A DNA stretch of 63,985 nucleotides, counting the filler, from Octopus bimaculoides (taxonomy: Eukaryota): the NCBI RefSeq assembly GCF_001194135.2. It is 7 parts of 7 records of this genome, joined end to end, with 100 filler letters (N's around TTAATTAATTAA, not from the genome) between each part and the next. Parts side by side here need not be neighbours in the genome. Positions count along the whole stretch, not along the records: positions 45,077 to 59,852 come from NC_068982.1; positions 59,953 to 63,985 come from NC_068992.1; 5 more parts are not named here. One strand, 5' to 3'. Positions 48,415 through 61,425 of this stretch are shown piece by piece (position 1 is the stretch's first letter; every line of letters starts with the position of its first letter). A program made the position numbers and the translations under genes. The notes under the pieces are model-generated. The model saw nothing but the letters and a program-made list of their open reading frames with translations. It was not told the DNA's origin and searched no databases.

Positions 48415-48778
48415 GACATGACTGTGTGGAGTAAGAAGTTCGCTTTGCAAGCACGTGGTTTTGTGTTCAATCCCACTGCGTGGCACCTTGGGCAGATGTC
48501 TTCTACTATAGCCCCAAGCAGCACAATGCCTTGTGAATGAATTTGGTTGACAGAAACTGTAACGAAACCCGTCGTATGTGTGTGTGTGTGTGTGTGTGTG
48601 TGTACCAGACCCACTACTTGACAACTAGTGTTGGTTGATTTACGTCTCCACAACCTAGCGGTTCGGCAAAAGACCAATAAAATAAATCTCAGACTTTTAA
48701 AAAAATAATAAGTAAGTACTGGGGTCGGGTGGTGCCCCAGCATGGCCACAGTCCAATGACCGAAACAAGTAAAAACTA
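48415..48778 (+). mobile_element. Full-length SINE family A: tRNA head, CORE-like segment, internal (TG)n and tail
   Basis: All modules are contiguous with no gap. Confidence 0.9.
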
Positions 48779-49523
48779 TGCTTAGTTTTAGTTCTTATCA
48801 TATATCTGATTGAGCTGACCTATGATCAAAGGCATTCCAAACGTGGCCATCCAGTCCTGTATATTTAAATCTACAGTGTTAAAATCTGTGGGAAGCCTCT
48901 ATCCGGTCGTTCAACTTGCTAGAAATAATACCAACTTCCGTTAAATCACGCCTTACTGTCTTAAACAGATTATGCTTCGTAATATGGATCGGTGCCAGTG
49001 GAAATGACTAACATTTTGCATAGCCTACAGTTTCAAGATAGTGTTCCATGCCAGATAGAACTACTTAAACATCAGACTAATCAAATGAGAGAGCCTCTTT
49101 GCGACCACGCCACATGCTAGAAAGAGAAGCCAAATTTTTATCTAATCACACACTATTGACTAGAAAAACACATATGTTGGATAATACAGACCTGGGCTTT
49201 CTGCAAATGGCGGCATGGTCTCCGCTGGAACGCCTTTCAACATAGGCCTACTAGATCAGTACTGACCTTTAGATCAGCCCAGATCGAGCTATAACAACAA
49301 CAAGAGCGTCAATATTTGATTTCTTCGCAAAGAGTATCCACATAACTGGATGAGAAGCCATATTTTTTTCTCATACATTTACATATTTTTCTCACACGTA
49401 TGTTATATGCATTTTTTCTCATCCCAACATTATATACATATTTTCTCATCCTTACATTATATGCGTCAGAATTATGCAGTTCGAATCATATGTGTTTCAT
49501 TCTTATTTATTATTCATATACAG

Positions 49524-49548
49524 TAAATGGCTGATCACTCGAACATCG
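49524..49548 (+). other. Candidate 25-nt start-codon exon (TAA ATG GCT GAT CAC TCG AAC ATC G)
   Basis: Acceptor tattcatatacag and donor G|GTAAGT. Confidence 0.2.
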
Positions 49549-49671
49549 GTAAGTCCTATAAATAGATAAAGTATTAATTTTGAGAGGAAAGGAAATGAGA
49601 AGGTAAGACGAAAATATAAACCACATCGTAGACTCAACACTCCAGACGTTTAATTACTCAGCATTATTATT

Positions 49672-49715
<44 letters not shown>

Positions 49716-50021
49716 AATGTAATTTGAAGTGGTTTTTAGAGTCATTTGNNNNNNNNNNNNNNNNNNNNNNNNNNNNNNNNNNNNNNNNNNNNNNNNNNNN
49801 NNNNNNNNNNNNNNNNNNNNNNNNNNNNNNNNNNNNNNNNNNNNNNNNNNNNNNNNNNNNNNNNNNNNNNNNNNNNNNNNNNNNNNNNNNNNNNNNNNNN
49901 NNNNNNNNNNNNNNNNNNNNNNNNNNNNNNNNNNNNNNNNNNNNNNNNNNNNNNNNNNNNNNNNNNNNNNNNNNNNNNNNNNNNNNNNNNNNNNNNNNNN
50001 NNNNNNNNNNNNNNNNNNNNN

Positions 50022-50073
<52 letters not shown>

Positions 50074-50689
50074 CGTACAAAAACACCCTAGTAATTTTCC
50101 TATCAACGGTGTATTTACTTGATGTATGATACACCCGTGTATGTCTGGGTTTCCGTACGGTATCGGTCGGGGAAATTCAACTCACAAGACGTTCGGCAAT
50201 ATATGCACAATGGGATAAAAGCCCCGGATCGATATAATTGAGAAGCACATAGCTTCTCGGTTATGCACATAGCCCCAAAGTCTTATAATATTTCCAAGAT
50301 TGTCATATCACTACAGACTTCATCTTTGGAACTTCTTCCTGTCCTACTTTCCTGATCATAACATCTGTTAATTCTTCCCACCATCACTACTATCACTAAA
50401 AACTACCACCACTACTACCATCATCATCATTAGATCTTCGTTTAACAGCAGGTAGGCTTCATGTAGTAATTTTTTTTTCTTTTAGTTTTTACCTATTTGT
50501 TTTTGTTATGTCACAGTATGATGATGACATCTGTTTCAATATACTAATTCAACCCGTGAACAGAAAGCGGTAACAAAAAAATGATTAAGAATTTCTCCCA
50601 TGGAGATTTATCTTAGGATTTTATTTTATCTTTAATCTTTCATTCGTTTCAGTCATTGGACTGTGGTCATGCTGACGAGCAGCGGAGCC

Positions 50690-51110
50690 TGGGTTGGTTG
50701 CTGAATACACTATGTTGCCGCTGGAGAAGGTGTCACAACATGTGGAATCCCAGATAAGGTGCCTACCGCCACAGAACGGTAAAATTGTCATACCGTCAGG
50801 CCTTTTACCGTTCGCTCGATCTAGTCCAGCTGACTCGAGCTGGGAAGGGAAGCCTGCGGTGTCTTAGCCATGCTTTATGATTTTGTTATGGGCAGCATGG
50901 CGTGGAAGGCGGCCAGCACTAGGACGGCATGACAATAGGTGGAGGTCGAAAGAACCCACAGTGGATCTGCAGTGGCATTCGTGAGGCATACAGATATGGA
51001 GGCCAAGTATTAGGGAAATGTCGATGCGCAGACTGTCGTTATCAAATTGAGTGCCAGTCGCGTGTGATAACACCACATTGAGCCAAGCTCCACTGTGGTT
51101 CGGAAGCTGA
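50690..51110 (-). mobile_element. CRE-like non-LTR retrotransposon, C-terminal zinc-knuckle and REL endonuclease fragment
   Basis: DNDSLRIDISLILGLHICMPHECHC...LSCRPSAGRLPRH, then GLDRANGKRPDGMTILPF..GRHLIWDSTCCDT. Confidence 0.8.
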
Positions 51111-51149
51111 GCGGAAACATGCCAGATAGTGTTAGTATTAAAGTACTTG

Positions 51150-52910
51150 ACTAGTACTTTAGTTTAAGAATAAAAGACAAAGTTGACTTCGGTGGGATTT
51201 GAACTAAGACTTTAAGGAAACAAAACAAATATTTCAAAGCATTTTGTCCAGCGCTCTATCGATTCTTCCCCTGTTGCTTGTAGACCTCCGTATCTTTGAA
51301 AAATCAATAATTTTTTTAGTTAAATTTGTTTACTTTCATAATGATTTTTAACTTGGATACATAGCAATACATTTCATGTAGGGTATATTTGAATGAATCG
51401 ATATCAATTGACTATGTCCCTGTCATAAACCCTAACTAAATGCCTTGTTTGTGTCTGATGTCTTCTGGGTCCAAATTACGGCCCCGTGTGTTTCTTTTAT
51501 CTATCCTACAAGAATGAAAGTTGGGTTCCCTGGGTTTTGAACTTAGGAACGTTTTGAACGTTTCTGCCAGCTCGCCGCCTTGGATTGGCCGAATATTGAC
51601 AGCATCGGACAAACTGCCTTCTTCTATTTAGTTACGGCCCTTTACATTCTGAGTCCAAATTCCGTTGAGATCAACTTTGTCTTTCGTCCTTCTGAAATCG
51701 ATAAAATGAAGTACCAGTTAATATCTGGGTTCTATTAACTGTGCCCCTCATCCAAATTCGAGGCCATGTGCCTATGTTAGAACGCACTATGTATAAAATG
51801 TAAACGTTCACATCCCGCCAAGGAGTATATGAACTCATGAATTATCGAAAATTGCAGTTTTTAAGCATTTTCCCAGTTTAGAACTACAACCTTTCGAGAA
51901 GTGCAGTTGAATTAATCTACGTTCAGTCCTGGCAATTATCACGGCAAAATCGATGAAAAGTGAAGTCGACCTCCTCAGGATTTGAACTTAAAACATAAAC
52001 TGATATAACGAAATACCGCAAAGTATTTTGTCCGGCGATCTACCATCTGCTGATCTGTCTTACAGGAAAAATACTTTACTTTCTTTCTTCCTTTCTTTCT
52101 TTTTTTTTGTATGTCTGTGTATGTTTGTGTAGGTGCTGCATCAAACATATGTGCATAAGTCCACCTACTCTATCTCAGAATTCGAAAACATTTGGCTATT
52201 TCTGTGAGTAAAAGTAAAAATGTCTACGCTGACTCATCGTGAATGTAATCTTAACCAACCAATTCAAATTCTTTCCTTGTCTTATAAAATAGTTAATCAC
52301 TGGAAATTATTAGTTTATATCTCCTCTACTAATGGTTAATTCTAAGCAGCCGACCATAGATATAACGTCCTTCAGATAAATCGACAGTAATATGATAGTT
52401 TAATATTTTGTAGCAAATAGTTTTTTTCTCTACTTATTCAAAAGATATGAACGTTATAGCTTAACATTTTCCGATCTCAGTGCGCCTGAGTCTTTGTCCT
52501 TGTGGAATGAAATTACATTTTGGGATTGGCAGAGTGTCAGAAAAAATGCCTAGCGCTATTTGTTCCTGCTCTTTACGTTTAGAGTTCAAATCCAGCCAGG
52601 ATTTGCTGTTGATCTTTTCGGCGCAGATAAAAGAAAGTGCCAGTAAAGTACAGGGGTCGATGTATTGACTGACCCCTTTTCTCAAATTTCAGGTCTTGTG
52701 TCTATGATAGAAATATTTTCACTATAATTGGATTATCAGAATCGTTAGAGGGTCGAAAAAGATGTCTTACGGAATTTGTCTTGACTTTTTACATTCAGAG
52801 TTTAAATCTTGACTGAGACAACTTTGCCTTTTCTTTTCTAAAGTCGTTAAAATAAATTTCCAGTCAAGTTCATGTAGCCCAAAATTTAAGACCTTGTGCT
52901 CATGTTAGTA
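51150..52910. mobile_element. Cluster of old family-B SINE copies in both orientations
   Basis: Repeated gagttcaaat/atttgaact boxes and aagtaccagt, at about 51160, 51560-51790, 51900-52050, 52520-52720 and 52735-52910. Confidence 0.7.
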
Positions 52911-53009
52911 ATCATAATGATCGAACCAGTGGGTGTCCGAATATGAAGAGTGACGGCAACATGCCAGTTATTTTGAAATGCTCACTATGTTAAATCTCAC
53001 AACACTATC

Positions 53010-53480
53010 TTAACTTTTTTTTTCTCTTGTTGATGAAAATTAAAAGAAAGATCTTCAACGAATACGTCCTGCCAGTGATAATTTACAGCAGTGAAATATT
53101 GGCTCTCAACACTACCATTATGAACGCCCTCATTGTAGCCCAACGGAAAATGGAACAAATCATGCTCGGCATTACATTACGGCACAAAAAACAACGCCTG
53201 GAATTGACGGCGCATAAGAGTCAACAGCATCATAAGAACCATCAAGGAGAACAAATATAGATGGCCTGGCTATATCGTGCAGCTGAAGGACAGCTGATGG
53301 ACAATCAGGGAGACGGAATGGACATCAAGACAATGGACAAGATCAAGAGGCCGACTAAAGACAAGATGGTGAGATGATCTCACCCGCTACCTGGGGCCTA
53401 AATGGCCACGACTGGCCAGAGACAGATAGCTATTGAAGGAGTCCAGGGTGGGGTTCCTCCTTCAGGAGTGATGAAATCGT
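53010..53480 (+). mobile_element. RTE-clade LINE 3' fragment, frameshifted
   Basis: KRKIFNEYVLPVIIYSSE..AQRKMEQIMLGITLR, followed by RW.D-type RTE C-terminal motifs in shifted frames. Confidence 0.8.
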
Positions 53481-55334
53481 GGATAAGAATAAAGTGCCTG
53501 GGAATAATTAGCCTCATTGTATGAGATTATTTCCGAACAGTGAGCTAGATCAACGGTAGTCAAACTGACAAACAACTGCCCCACCACACCTGGAAATATT
53601 TGTGAAATTCCTCTCCTCTTTATTAACGACAAAACAAAATAGAGCTTACATCTATCTAACTCTTCTTTATTAGCTTTGGTGTTCGATATGTTATTAAAAG
53701 ATTTAGAAGCCATCTTATTTTTTACTTTTAAATATGACAATTTCTCCACCATCTTTTCAATCCTCACAGCTCCACCATCAACCCACCCTATATGAAATAC
53801 TGATCTAGCTTACGAATAATATCAATGGCTATAATGATATTATCCTAGTAACTACAATACTCAGTTATTAGACTGAGTCAAATGTACATATGAGTAAATG
53901 CATGTGCATGTGTAAGTTTTTCATGCTGTAAGTGCTTCTTATATGTTGTGTAGGATTTATCTGTTTGCTGGCCAATGTAAGTAAGTTAGCAAGCAAGCAA
54001 ACACAGGCTAAAAATATTTGAGGCTGAAAACGTCTGAGAATATGGATGCTGTTATATCCTGTTTAGAAAATAGGCAACATTTTTGCTAGATCAAGGGGGA
54101 AAATGGGAGGTCATTTGATTAAGTTACCAGCAAATAAATAGTTTGTAAATAAACAGATAAGTGCGAAGTTTGGAGACTGTCAGTAGATAGCCACTGTAAC
54201 AAAAACTTTCAACTTTTTCTCTGAGACTGAATATACGAATGCATGAAAAAGAAAAGAAAGTGGAAGAGTATAGCTTAGAACGGACGGATACTTGAGAGGA
54301 TGGGAACTAAAATATCCCTCCTCATTTCGAATATTGCCTGCAAGCCTACACGAGATGGAAAAGTAATAAACTGCTATCACAACACACTAACTACATTTCA
54401 GCCGGCTGACGCGCTCTGTTCGTTATCGTTTTTGTACCTTATCACTCAACGATGTTGATGCTGGTAGTGTTGTTGCTGTGGGGATTGGTAGTGGTTGTGG
54501 ATGCTAGTAACTTCGTAATAGTTGTAGGTGTGGTAGTAGTTGATATCAGTTGTAGTGCTTGCTACTAAACATGTTATTGTCTATACCGCTGATACTCTCG
54601 GGGAAGAGCATGAACTTCACCACTTTCCCTTACTCCAATTCTCTATAAATCCCAATTTTCACACTTCTGTAGAATAAATAAAGTTATTGCTGTTGTCACA
54701 GTGGTGGTTGTTGGTGTTTGTAGTAGGACTAGTAACAGAAACAACAACCACAGCAGGCATCTCTATTACTAGCAGCAACTAGATAGTATTTGGTTTCATC
54801 AATCCAAGGTAAGTTATTAAGCTGCTATGAAAAGAATTCGCTTTATTTAAATAGCAACAATGTTGTTGGAGTTGGTGTGGGCAAAAATTGGTTATCATCT
54901 CAACTAAATATATTTCCTGACGCTCTATCATGTAAGATGATAAAGAGAAAGCAGACAGTGTAGTCACGGCAACAGTGTACTGATACCATAGGTGATACCA
55001 TAGGTGATACCACAGAAACGCATATGTTCGTTGAAGATCTGTACAGATCCACATGCAACCAGGTGAAATTTTAGTCGTTAACGTTTTCTCCCAGTTTATA
55101 GGGCCAATAAAAGCGCAATAGCTCTAAGCCAGAGAACTTTTATTTCAAGAATATACGCATTACACTGCTGCTGCGATACAGTTCAATCAAATCTTGTTTC
55201 CTATGAAAATTATAATTAAAAATGATTACTTTCCTCTGTATGTGTTGCTATCGTATTCAAACCTATTCTTTTATGAATTTGTGGAAGAAAGCATAGTTTT
55301 AACAACATTAAATAATTGTACCATAATAATTGTA

Positions 55335-55480
55335 TGTGTGTGTGTATATGTTTGTGTGCCTGTGTTTGTCCCCCCAACATCGCTTGACAACCGATGCTGG
55401 TGTGTTTATGTCCCCCTAACTTAGCGGTTCGGCAAAAGGAACCGATAGAATAAGTACTAGGCTTACAAAGAATAAGTTCT
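55335..55480 (+). mobile_element. SINE family A, partial 3' half
   Basis: tgtttgtccccccaacatcgcttgacaaccgatgctgg. Confidence 0.9.
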
Positions 55481-55665
55481 GGGAATGCGTAAAAAATAAA
55501 GGAGGGTTATTTTTCATGTCCATTTCTAAATTGGTAGCACCGACTTACAATCGAAAGGCCATTTTTTTCTAATAAAGTTGACAGCGATAAAGGTGATCAC
55601 TCAAAAGATGTCATTATTTCAATCAGTGATCAGCTTAAAGTTGCCTCTTTGCTGTCCTAAAACAG

Positions 55666-55709
55666 ACAACTTGAAGCCTAGTTACATGACACGCAACAGA
55701 ACATCAAAG
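55666..55709 (+). other. Candidate 44-nt exon (D)NLKPSYMTRNRTSK
   Basis: Donor AAG|GTAAGT is perfect and the acceptor is moderate. It is phase-compatible with 49524-49548. Confidence 0.2.
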
Positions 55710-55803
55710 GTAAGTTATCGCTGAAGGGAAACGATAACTTTGATGAAACGCGTAGCTTCTAACTTAAGTAGCTGACCAACAGAGATGCAACAATGATGTA
55801 GAC

Positions 55804-55978
55804 CAGTGGTTCTTAAACTCTTTTCATTCATGACCCCATTGTTCATCACGAGATTTTTCGCGACCCCAGGTATTAAATATGCGTTTGTAAAATAACATAA
55901 ACTGAAATTCAAGTGTTTGAATTTAATTTTCGCGACCTCAGCATTTCGCTTCGCGATCCCAAAGTTTAAGAAGCACTG
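55804..55978. mobile_element. hAT (Charlie-like) MITE, 175 bp
   Basis: TIRs cagtggttcttaaact and agtttaagaagcactg (15/16). The 8-bp TSD is atgtagac versus atgtagcc. Confidence 0.9.
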
Positions 55979-57267
55979 ATGTAGCCCAACACCTGATTAG
56001 CTAGAGCAGAGATACCTCGAACTTAAACTAAAACCAAGTGTGAACTGAACATCCTTACCAACCCATTATTTTTCTCAGCTTCAGTTTACAAACCGGATTA
56101 TTTCTCTCCTAAAATATGTGGAAGGCGGAGAGGTAATCCCGCACGTGTACAGAAACACTAACACAATTGTTCGTTCACTTGATGAGCTTGGAGATCAGAG
56201 AATCTCTCCCGGTCGAGCCGTTATTTCTCTACATTAAGAGGTTACAGCTACTATATTATGGGCATGTGACTGGTCACGCTTGGGAAGCCAGCCGGAAAGT
56301 ATAATGACGGTTGCTTCTGATAGGGAGGGCCCAATGGAGGAGGTGCCTGAGGACCCTACCACCACGATCCACCCAGGAATAGTGGGCGGAGAAGATCGAT
56401 GGATAGACTTTCTACAGACTCACTTGCACGAAAATACACATACCATGCAAATCTCTTGCACACACTTGATGCAGGACTCAATTCATCTTGCGCACATATC
56501 ATGCAGAGCCTACATAAATCTTGTGCATGCGTATGGAGTATATTCCTGTTACTTCTTTGGTAACTCACTATCGATGACAATCATTCCTTTGAGTATATTT
56601 GCATCATCATTTGGCAGCTCTCATCCTGAGTAGAAACCGGCTCTTGCGTTTCATCTGAACGAGATATCGATTTGCCGTATCTCTATTCGGCAGGTTACTC
56701 CCCAAGCATATTGCTACCTTTCCTTTCATCTCAGCGATATTTTCCATTCGCATTACAAATGTGATTATACTTTCAAGAACACATATGTAACATTACCTCT
56801 ACTGTAAGCTTAATTCTTATGATAGTTGTAATTGAAAATAGTTTCTATAGAAGAATTTCGGCGTACTGCTGGTGATGTTAGATGCTGACTGATGAAGCCT
56901 GTCTGCTGATAGTTATGTCGCTGCTAAATTCTTTGTGATTCTCAAGGGATATGAGGGAAGACTAGATTCTTAAGCTTATCCAGCAAAAATATATATATAA
57001 AAAAAGGTGTACACTAATTTATTTCATTAGTCAAATTCGTTGAGGGGGTTACTTAGTATAATATTTAACATAGTCACCTTGCAAGCGGTAGATACATGTC
57101 TGGAATCCCGTGGTAGATTCTGCTCTTTCTTTTTTTTTTTTTCATATATATTTCTATATTGGATGGACTGAATCACACACACAAATGTGTGTACATCTGT
57201 ATGGCTATATGTGTATATGTGTGTGTCTGTGTACAAATATATATGTTCGCGCATACATGTGTGTGTA

Positions 57268-57298
<31 letters not shown>

Positions 57299-57341
57299 GT
57301 GTGTGTATACATACATATGCGTGTATGCATGTATGTATGTA

Positions 57342-57392
<51 letters not shown>

Positions 57393-57404
57393 ACCAGATT
57401 CTAA

Positions 57405-57439
<35 letters not shown>

Positions 57440-57725
57440 NNNNNNNNNNNNNNNNNNNNNNNNNNNNNNNNNNNNNNNNNNNNNNNNNNNNNNNNNNNNN
57501 NNNNNNNNNNNNNNNNNNNNNNNNNNNNNNNNNNNNNNNNNNNNNNNNNNNNNNNNNNNNNNNNNNNNNNNNNNNNNNNNNNNNNNNNNNNNNNNNNNNN
57601 NNNNNNNNNNNNNNNNNNNNNNNNNNNNNNNNNNNNNNNNNNNNNNNNNNNNNNNNNNNNNNNNNNNNNNNNNNNNNNNNNNNNNNNNNNNNNNNNNNNN
57701 NNNNNNNNNNNNNNNNNNNNNNNNN

Positions 57726-57759
<34 letters not shown>

Positions 57760-58429
57760 CTCTGTAACTCGATATGCTATAACGCTTCTTTTACACAGCT
57801 TATTTCGGTCGGATTGTTTAAAGATAGCAAAAGATTTCACTCAACTCTTTATGACGCAGAAGGATCCACAGTTTATCTGCAAATTGCAGCCAGCCCATGC
57901 CATTGTATAACGGCTCTTTCTTCATTTTATTTATTCACTTAAATAAAATAAAATAAAAAAATATGTTATCTCCTTTCTTTCTCTTTCTTTTTTATTTCTT
58001 TATCTTTCTTTTTTGCTACTGTTGCTCTTATAGGCTTCTATGTATATTTCTATTACTTTTTACTCTCACCCTGGTCTCTCTCACTCTTATTCCATTTACC
58101 TCTCACTATCTCTCTCGCTTTCACCTCCTCATTTCTGTCCCCACCCTCTCTCATCCTGCGCATATTTTTTTTTCTCTTCCGTATACCATTGGTCTTTCTG
58201 CTGCAGTGCTCAAAAACAGTAACGCACATTAATGAATCTCTTTGAATAATCGCTGACGAAAACTTCAAATGGTTACGACTTGCGCTGGCATATAACTACC
58301 ACAAACACAATGTGTCAAGAAACTAGGCATATCGATTAAATCTTGTGTGTGTGTGTGTGTGTGTGTGTAGTTATATGGTCAAATGGTTAAATATTCGCAA
58401 ATCGACAAGATATATTTTTTAAAAATCTC

Positions 58430-59550
58430 TGTAACTTGATATTTAACCCATTAAAACAATCCCATTAAGTAATTCCTGACTTAGGCACCAGACCAATAAT
58501 TTTAAAGGGGAAGTTATTTTATTTACTCGATCCTGGAGGGTTGAATGGTAAAGTTGACTTAGGCGAGATTTGAAACCAGAACGTAGAGAGCCGAAACAAG
58601 TATTTTTTCTGACACTCTAATGATTCCGTCAATTCGCTGCCTTTAACAAATTCTATAACTTTCAAATTTTGGTACAAGGCCAGCAGTTTTAGGGGAATAA
58701 GGTCTCTCCTTTGTATTGACCCCAGTACTTGACTGGTACTTTATTTTATCGATTCCGGAAGTATGAAAGACAAAGTTGACTCAGAAAGTAAAGAACTGGA
58801 ACAAATACTGCAAAGCATTTATCCCGATGCTTTAACGATTCTGCAAGCCCATTTCGGCTAATTCAGAACCGCCTGGCCTTAATTACTACTTCATTCTCAA
58901 ACAGACTTGATTAAACAGATTCACAGATATTAATTACCACAATATTGAAGTCAACTGAAAAAATAATAAAACTATGAGACACCAAAAGGCCAAAGAAAAC
59001 GATCGTGAAAACACGACAAAAGACTAAATAATATACTGGTACCTCACAGACGGCGAGCTGGCAGAACCGGTTGAACGCCGGGCAAAAGTGTTTAGCGACA
59101 TTTCGTCTGTCTTTACGTTCCGCCATGGAACGTTACTATTATTTCAAAATCTGAAATGTCGCTTCTTTCTTTTCTGTGATTGCTACAACTTTGAGATGTT
59201 TATAGATTTCTGTATCTTAACTACGATGTGATATTTTATTCATAGATGGTTTCCTATATCTTAATATGACGTGATGCTTTATAGATAAATTCCTATAGCT
59301 TTGCAATTCGATCTTAGTTACAAATCGATCTTCCCCGCTTTCTTCCTTATTTTTCTCACTCTCTCGCTTACTAATTGCGTTAGTCTTTGTCTTTCACCAT
59401 CCCTCTCTTCTATCTCAGTGAATGTTTTGTTTTCTTCTTTTGGGGACAGTAAAAAGCGCTACACTAGCCGCCTTCTCTCGGGGGTGATGCCGAAAGGTCG
59501 ACTTTGCTTTTCATCCTTTCGAGACTGATAAAATAAGTACCAGTTTGTAA
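58430..59550. mobile_element. Second cluster of old family-B SINE copies
   Basis: Minus copies at 58440-58850, a plus head at 59050-59130, and a plus centre at 59455-59550. Confidence 0.7.
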
Positions 59551-59952
59551 GGGACGACCGTGCGAACTCATAAAGGAGAAATGGTGACGAATGGAAAAAC
59601 AGAGGACTCCTTTTATTTACACGTGTCACACGGTCGAACACACAATCATATATCGAAGATGATATAGATGATATGGTATGCGACGATAACATAGATGACC
59701 AGTAATGAAAGACCACAACCGTATTAGATGAATAACAGATATATTTATTGTAGCGTTAAAGATGTATGTCTGTGTGAGAGTGTGAATGCGACATATAACA
59801 TAATCAAAGACAGGCCGTCATACAAAGAAAAGTGTGTATGTGAGTGATACATNNNNNNNNNNNNNNNNNNNNNNNNNNNNNNNNNNNNNNNNNNNNTTAA
59901 TTAATTAANNNNNNNNNNNNNNNNNNNNNNNNNNNNNNNNNNNNNNNNNNNN

Positions 59953-60990
59953 CTGTCTCTGTCTCTCTTGTTTACTCTTGTGGGCTCGAGGTCGTTGTGA
60001 ATTCTTGGCAAAGAAGAAGAAGAAGAAGAAGAAGAAGAAGAAGAAGAAGAAGAAGAAGAAGAAGAAGAAGAAGAAGAAGAAGAAGAAGAAGAAGAAGAAA
60101 AAAGAAGAAGGAAAAGGGGAGGAGGAGGAGGAGAAAAAGAAGAATGCGGGAGTGCTATCATAGTAGTAGGATGTTAAATGGTCAAGTGCCCTGAAAGTGA
60201 CTTGTTGTGGATGGTAGTAGTGATTGAATCTTGAGACATCTCGTTTGAATGTATTGTTTATAATATTTGCGTAGGTGTTATTCTGAACAGCAATAGTAGT
60301 AAAGTAAGGAAGGAGGTGGCGGAAATAAAGAAGACGAAGAAGAAGAAGGGGAAAGAGAAGAGACAATAATAAAGGATACAGGTGTTATGATAGTAGTAGG
60401 ATGTTAAATGGTCAAGTGACCTAAAAGTGGCTCGTTGTGGTTTATAGCAGTGATTGGGGTTATTTTTCAGTGAATTCTTGTGTATCTCTTGAATGTATCA
60501 TTTTTAATATTTGCGTGTGTTTGTGTTATTCTAAGGTCGTGGTGGATATGTCGTTTGTTGTAGATGCGTTCAAAAGGGGTCTGTATTTTGTAATAAAGAG
60601 AGTCTCTTTACTAATTCGTTGGCTACAGGTTGTATCGTCCCTGAATTGGTAGAGGGGGAAAATGCAAGCTTCTCTTTCCCCTTCTTCTTTGTCTTCTTCC
60701 TCTTCGCCACCTCCTTCCTTACTTTGCTACTATTGCTTTTTAGAATAACACCTACGCAAATATTATAAACAATACGTTCAAAAGAGCTGTCTCAAGAATT
60801 CAATCACCACTACCATCCACAACAAGTCACTTTCAGGGCACTTGGCCATTTCACATCCTACTACTATCATGACCCTCCCGCATTCTTCTTCTCCTCCTCC
60901 TCCTCCTCCTCCTTTTTCTTCTTCTTCTTCTCTGCCAAGAATTCACAACGATATCGAGCCCACAAGAGTAAACAAGAGAGACAGAGACAG
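59953..60990. repeat. About 1-kb imperfect inverted repeat (foldback-like)
   Basis: 59953-60360 is the diverged reverse complement of 60669-60990. The (GAA)n tract differs in length between the arms. Confidence 0.9.
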
Positions 60991-61362
60991 GCAGAGACAA
61001 GGGGAAAGCCCCTTGTATTTGAATACTATGCAAATATTCTTTTTAAAAACTTTTATTTTAACTTTTCCAAAATTTAATTGCTTTTCCATATTTACAGTTG
61101 AAAAAGTCTCAATGACTGAAACCGGTGCTGAAATGTTGTTTACAAAATTATTTTAGCATTTTCTACTTTCACTTTTTTTCCATATATATCAACTCGTGTG
61201 TTCCTTTTCAACCTTCTACACACACACAGACATACGCACACACACATATATATGGGGGGGGGGAGAATTCACAAAAAAACAAAAGACGAAGACAGGTGGT
61301 GTAGGCAACAAACAGATGTATTAGTTTAACCCTCGGGAAGTGAAATAGTCTTTAACTATATA

Positions 61363-61425
61363 CGATGAGCTTTCAGTTTCCGTCTACCAAATCCACTCAC
61401 TAGGCTTTGGTTGGCCCGAGGCTAT
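61363..61425 (-). mobile_element. Fragment of the family-A head region
   Basis: tttcagtttccgtctaccaaatccactcac..ggcccgaggctata. Confidence 0.8.

Noticed and set aside
26650-48500. tRNA-like A/B box sequences
   Set aside because: All continue into shared SINE bodies and have no complete acceptor stem, so they are SINE heads rather than tRNA genes.
53462-53767. SYNEA in a minus-strand ORF, echoing Pax2 AYNEAW
   Set aside because: No WRF or NP motif follows and there is no donor site; likely coincidence.
54981-55015. Short tandem repeats: 12 bp x3 here, 29 bp x2 at 24376-24433, and about 28 bp x4 at 49358-49465
   Set aside because: Ordinary slippage duplications with no further signal.
56280-56740. 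GC-raised region with a 117-aa plus ORF and short minus ORFs
   Set aside because: No recognisable motif in any frame. It contains a degenerate TG(C/T)(A/G)CAAG repeat and is probably an old transposon remnant.
5856-59588. Long ORFs in the supplied track (200-400 aa)
   Set aside because: They consist of X from N gaps or of translated microsatellites (CVCV, YIYI, ERER, poly-I).
24027-59909. Identical TTAATTAATTAA palindromes inside six N runs (near 24027, 26586, 30390, 38545, 45021 and 59897)
   Set aside because: Each sits in the middle of a 100-nt gap and gives stops in all six frames. It is a scaffolding placeholder for gaps of unknown size, not biology.
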